DNA of 64,000 bases, from the NCBI RefSeq assembly GCF_028641065.1, contig NC_073385.1, positions 13,454,001 through 13,518,000 of the forward strand. Direction: 5' to 3'. Made by a program: the position numbers and the translations under genes. The notes under the pieces were generated by a model. The model was given only the letters and a program-made list of their open reading frames with translations, was not told the origin of the DNA and ran no database searches. Positions 59,861 through 64,000 of this stretch are shown here, piece after piece (the first letter of the stretch is position 1; every line of letters starts with the position of its first letter). The stretch is from Leucoraja erinacea. Its lineage: Eukaryota.

Positions 59861-60914
59861 GTTGGGATGGAAGATGTTGTTAGTGCGGCTTTTCAGGACC
59901 AGTTGGTCATGGTGTCACCTTTGTACTTGTTGAATTGCGACGCTGCCCGTGTTTACCAGTTGATCAGATTATGCACGTAGCTAAAAATATATGGTGCTGC
60001 CATGTCAAATAGCATGAATGAGGGAAAGGTCACTGCCAAAGAGAATATTGTAATTAAAAGAAGCAGCGAAGAAAAGTTACTCAATATTATAAACTGAATA
60101 TTGGAATTTACAGATGCAGCGATGGAAAGAGTTACTCAGCGTTACACACTAAAAATGCTTCCAAACGAGCTGAGTAGCACATGATAATGGGTTTATTGCA
60201 AGTTGCATAAGTGCTGACAGTTCATATAGTCTATGTTCCTCAGTATCGACATCACCAATGTTCATATTTCCGTTAAATAGGTTGACCAGATAGCAAGGAT
60301 GAAAAATCTGGATTTTTTTAAATTCAAGAGTTGATTGGGTAATAGTGCAAATAATAAAATTAAATCGCATTTGTATTGATCACCCAAGACTCAGCTGACA
60401 TGTGGAGCAAATGCTTGAGTACTTGGTGGTGGAGTGTTGAGGAAGGGAGTGTGGGGAAACCCTAGTGGCTTTATACTTGCCAAAACAGTACTTCAATCTG
60501 GAGGTCTTTAATCTTTGATCTCTACATGTGCACGGTTAGCATCAGGCTTCTGCAATGGACTATGGAAAATATATCAAATGGCTAACTTCCATCAATTAAA
60601 AGCAAAGCACAGTAGATGGTAGAAATCTGGAAAAAACTGAAAATGATCAATAACTCAGCAGGTGAGATAACGCGTGGGGAGAGAGAAACTGACAGCGTTT
60701 TAGGTGAATGGGAAAATGTAGATTAATGAACCACAATTTCGGATAACAAAAAAGACACAAAAGTGCTTGAGTAATCCTGTGGATCAGGCAGCATCTCTGA
60801 AGAACATGGATGGGTGATGTTTCGAGTTGGGGGAGGGGGTGAAGGAAACTGGAAGGGGGTGTGGCAAGATAAAGCCTGGCATGTAAAAGGTGGATACAGA
60901 TGAGGGGGGAGGGT

Positions 60915-61535
60915 TGATCAAAGTCAAAGTCAAAGTAACTTTATTGTCAATTCAATTACGCAACAGTAGTTACACATGGGATCGAAATTACGTTTCCCCA
61001 TACTCCAAATGTGCAAGTAATATTAAAAACACAGACAGACAACATATCAATAAAAATAGACAATAGACATACATTATTTAAAATATTAAAATATTCACAG
61101 TATGCCAAAATGTAGCAAAACCTTTGAGGTATTTTAAACAGGGTGCAACAATGAAAGGTGCAATATAGAAAAAGTGCAAATTCCGTACTGGAGACATTGA
61201 GCCAAAGTTATTTTCACAGTTTGTTGTCTTTGTTTGGGTACTGTTCATGGAATTTACTTAAGTGTGTTGAGTAGTCTGATGGCCTGAGGGAAAAAGCTGT
61301 TTTTGAATCTGGTGGTTTTGCTCCGCATGCTGCGGTAGCGCTTACCGGAAGGTAGGAGGGTGAACAGTTTGTGTGCTGGGTGAGTGGTGTCTTTGATAAT
61401 ATTGCTTGCTCTCTTGCGACAGCGAGAAGGGTATAGGTCCTGGATTGCTGGTTGGGGTGATCTGGTGATCTTCTCAGCTGTCCTCACCACTCTCTGTAGG
61501 GCCTTCTGGTCAGCAGCAGAGCAACTGCCATGATA
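60915..61535 (-). mobile_element. Rex1/Babar-like LINE 3' fragment
   Basis: KALQRVVRTAEKI...HPAHKLFTLLPSGKRYRS...FKNSFFPQAIRLLN; short (CTTTGA)n tail. Confidence 0.8.
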
Positions 61536-62344
61536 GGCAGATGGCTGGAAAAATGGCTTCATTCCAAGCATAGAATTCATCCAACCCCCCTTTTTTTTTC
61601 CTGTCATCCACTCTCCACCTCTCCCAAGTGCCCCAACTGGACGCGCACCTATTTCTACCCTTCCCCCTCCCCCTCCCCTTCCACTTCAATTCCTTCCTCT
61701 AGCCTCTTCAATCCCTTTGTCTCACACCTTCTGTCTTTTCATTTCTGGCCTTTATCCAACCAGCTGCCAGTATACAGCTCACCTCTTCACCTGTATACAC
61801 CTATTACTTGCCAGGCTTTGTCCTGCCCCTCTTTCCGCCTTCTCCCTCCCTCCCCCACCCACCCGTCACTCGACATCTATCTGAAGAATGGTCCTAATCC
61901 TAATGTCACCTGTCCATGTTCTCCAGAGATGCAGCCTGACCTGCTGTGTAACTACAGCACTTTGCTTCCCTATTTTTCAGGTGAATGATCTTTCTAAATG
62001 GTCATCGGCCTGAATTGTTATCTTTCTTTGTCTAGCAACAGTTTGATAGTTTGCAACATTTTTAGTGATATTTTCCAACATTTGCACACACTGACCAATG
62101 CTGGGCCACCTGGTCTATAGTTTCATGCTTCAGTCTCCCTTGTTTCCTGTGTAATGGAGCTACGTTTGCTGTTTTCCAGTCATCCATGAATTGTTATTGA
62201 CGCATTCTTCACCTCTGCTGCCACTTCATTTAAGGCATTAAGTGAGATTTGTTGTCTTAATCAAGAAGGCAATTTTAACAAATCAATGCGCTAATTAAAA
62301 TCCAAAGTGCCCAAGAAGCCAGAATTTGAGTAACCTAAATGAAT

Positions 62345-62925
62345 GTATAGGAAAGAACTGCAGATGCTGGTTTGCACCGAAGATAGACCCAGAATGCTGG
62401 AGTAACTCAGCGGGACAGGCAGCATCTCTGGAGATAAGGAATGGGTAACGTTTCAGGTCGAGACCCTTCTTCAGATGAGGGTAGTAGGGCTGGAGGAGCT
62501 TCAAGAGTAGGGCATGAGACGACTTTGAAGCTGGTATTTGTGGGAGAGGGATGGAGAGAGAGGGAATGTACAATCCAGTGGTATGATTATTGATTTCTCT
62601 AACTTCATGTAACTCTTGCATCCCTCCCTCTCTCCATCCCTCCCCCATCTGTCGTACTAGCTTCAAAGTTATATTGTTGACTCTCATTGTCTATACTCAT
62701 TTTCACCCAGGCCACAGCTAACAATGGCCTGTTTCCTCTTATCATCGTTACTTTTTTGCATATCTTTCATTCATTTGTTCTATATCTCTTTACATCACCG
62801 TCTGTCTCTCGTTTCCCTTTCCCCTGACTCAATCTGAAGAAGGGCCTCGACCCGAAACGTCACCTACTCCTTTTCTCCAGAGATGCTGTCTGACCTGCTG
62901 AGTTGCCCCAGCTTTTTGTGTCTAG
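62345..62925. mobile_element. Penelope-derived element with inverted terminal-repeat arms
   Basis: Minus-strand motif at 62443-62474 and plus-strand motif at 62834-62864, flanking Penelope 3' sequence. Confidence 0.75.
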
Positions 62926-63567
62926 TGATTTGATGACACTTTGCTTCATTAACCTTGTGGGCGGTAATTAGCTGGATTGGATTTGTCCTGCTTTCTGTGA
63001 ACAGGACATTCCTGGACAACTTCCCACATTGTCGGGTATCTGCACTGAAACAACGACTAGAGATGCATTAGATCTTCCCAGACCAGTTCACAGAGAACAA
63101 AATGTTGGGAATCGAAAATAAATAGCGGAACAAACTGAACTCGTTTCTAATTAATGTAAAACAGCATATCTGGCACAATGGTCAGACTTGTCGCATCTGG
63201 GATTGGTGGGGAGAGGTTAAAAGAAGTGATTTTCATGAAGACAATATTCATGGCACGTAGAGGCTGGGTCACGGTAGGCATAACGCTGAACTTGTAGTTC
63301 CCATTAAAGTTTTTTTAAGTCTTAACAAGGACTTGGTATGTTAGCTGTTTTCTTCCCAGCTACACAATAATTTAAATTAATGAAATAACAGCAGAAAATA
63401 TTTATTGCACACTGTCCCTGGGTTATGAAATCCTATACATTTGAATGAGCTCCTGTAGCACAGTTGTGTGGCTGATAAATAAAGTTCTATCGTGTCGTAT
63501 AGAGCTGCTGCCTCAGAGCATCTGAGACCCGAGTTCGACCCTGACCTCGGTTGCTGTCTGTGTGGAG

Positions 63568-64000
63568 TTCAATTCAATTCAATTCAATTCAACTTTAATG
63601 TCATTGCACAAATACGAGTATGGGTACAACGAAATGCAGTTTAGCGTCAGTCCGTAGTATAGTGCAATATAGAAATAAAAATAAAAATACAGAATAATCA
63701 AACAATAATCGAACAATGTGGACGTAGAGACTGGAGAAGTCTATCGGTGGGACTCCGAGTTCAGCAATGTGATGGTATTATTGTAGAAGCTGTTCCTCAT
63801 CCTACTGGTACAAGACCTGAGGCTCCTGTACTGCCTCCCTGATGGGAGGAGGGCAAACAGTCCATGGTTGGGGTGGGAGGGGTCTTTAATGATCTTCCCG
63901 GCCCGTCTCAGACACCGTTTTCGGTGGAGGGCATCCATGGCAGGGAGCGGGGCACCGACGATGTACTGCGCGGTTTTCACCACCCGTTGTAGTGCCTTCC
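63568..64000 (-). mobile_element. Rex1/Babar-like LINE 3' fragment inserted in a SINE head
   Basis: IIKDPSHPNHGLFALLPSGRQYRSLR; (TTGAA)n tail at ~63568-63592. Confidence 0.8.

Noticed and set aside
63250-63297. ATG GCA CGT AGA (MARR...) resembling an ADCK1 start
   Set aside because: Stop after 15 codons and no further similarity

Overview
Vertebrate genomic DNA, most likely a cartilaginous fish (skate/ray-like, judged from the repeat families: CR1 LINEs, V-type SINEs and Penelope-like elements). The window holds the conserved ALKBH1-SLIRP-SNW1 cluster. ALKBH1 exons 1-3 are on the minus strand and the gene runs off the left edge. SLIRP (4 exons, plus strand, 106 aa) is head-to-head with ALKBH1 across a ~210 bp CpG-rich promoter. 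SNW1/SKIP (14 exons, minus strand) is tail-to-tail with SLIRP, and a second bidirectional promoter at ~59.3-59.9 kb probably drives the next gene. Introns are filled with CR1, Rex/Babar, L1/Tx1, Penelope-like, SINE, Helitron, hAT, Harbinger and Tc1/mariner-type elements. Main observations: (1) about 20 copies of a minimal hammerhead-ribozyme-like motif, carried by short and often fold-back Penelope-derived elements, many with 9-15 bp target-site duplications; (2) a 13-nt locally templated frameshift insertion in SNW1 exon 12 that also creates an in-frame cryptic donor; (3) a possible antisense overlap of the SNW1 3' UTR with the last SLIRP exon; (4) a template-switch-like inverted duplication inside a SINE. 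Exon boundaries were read by hand; repeat boundaries are approximate.
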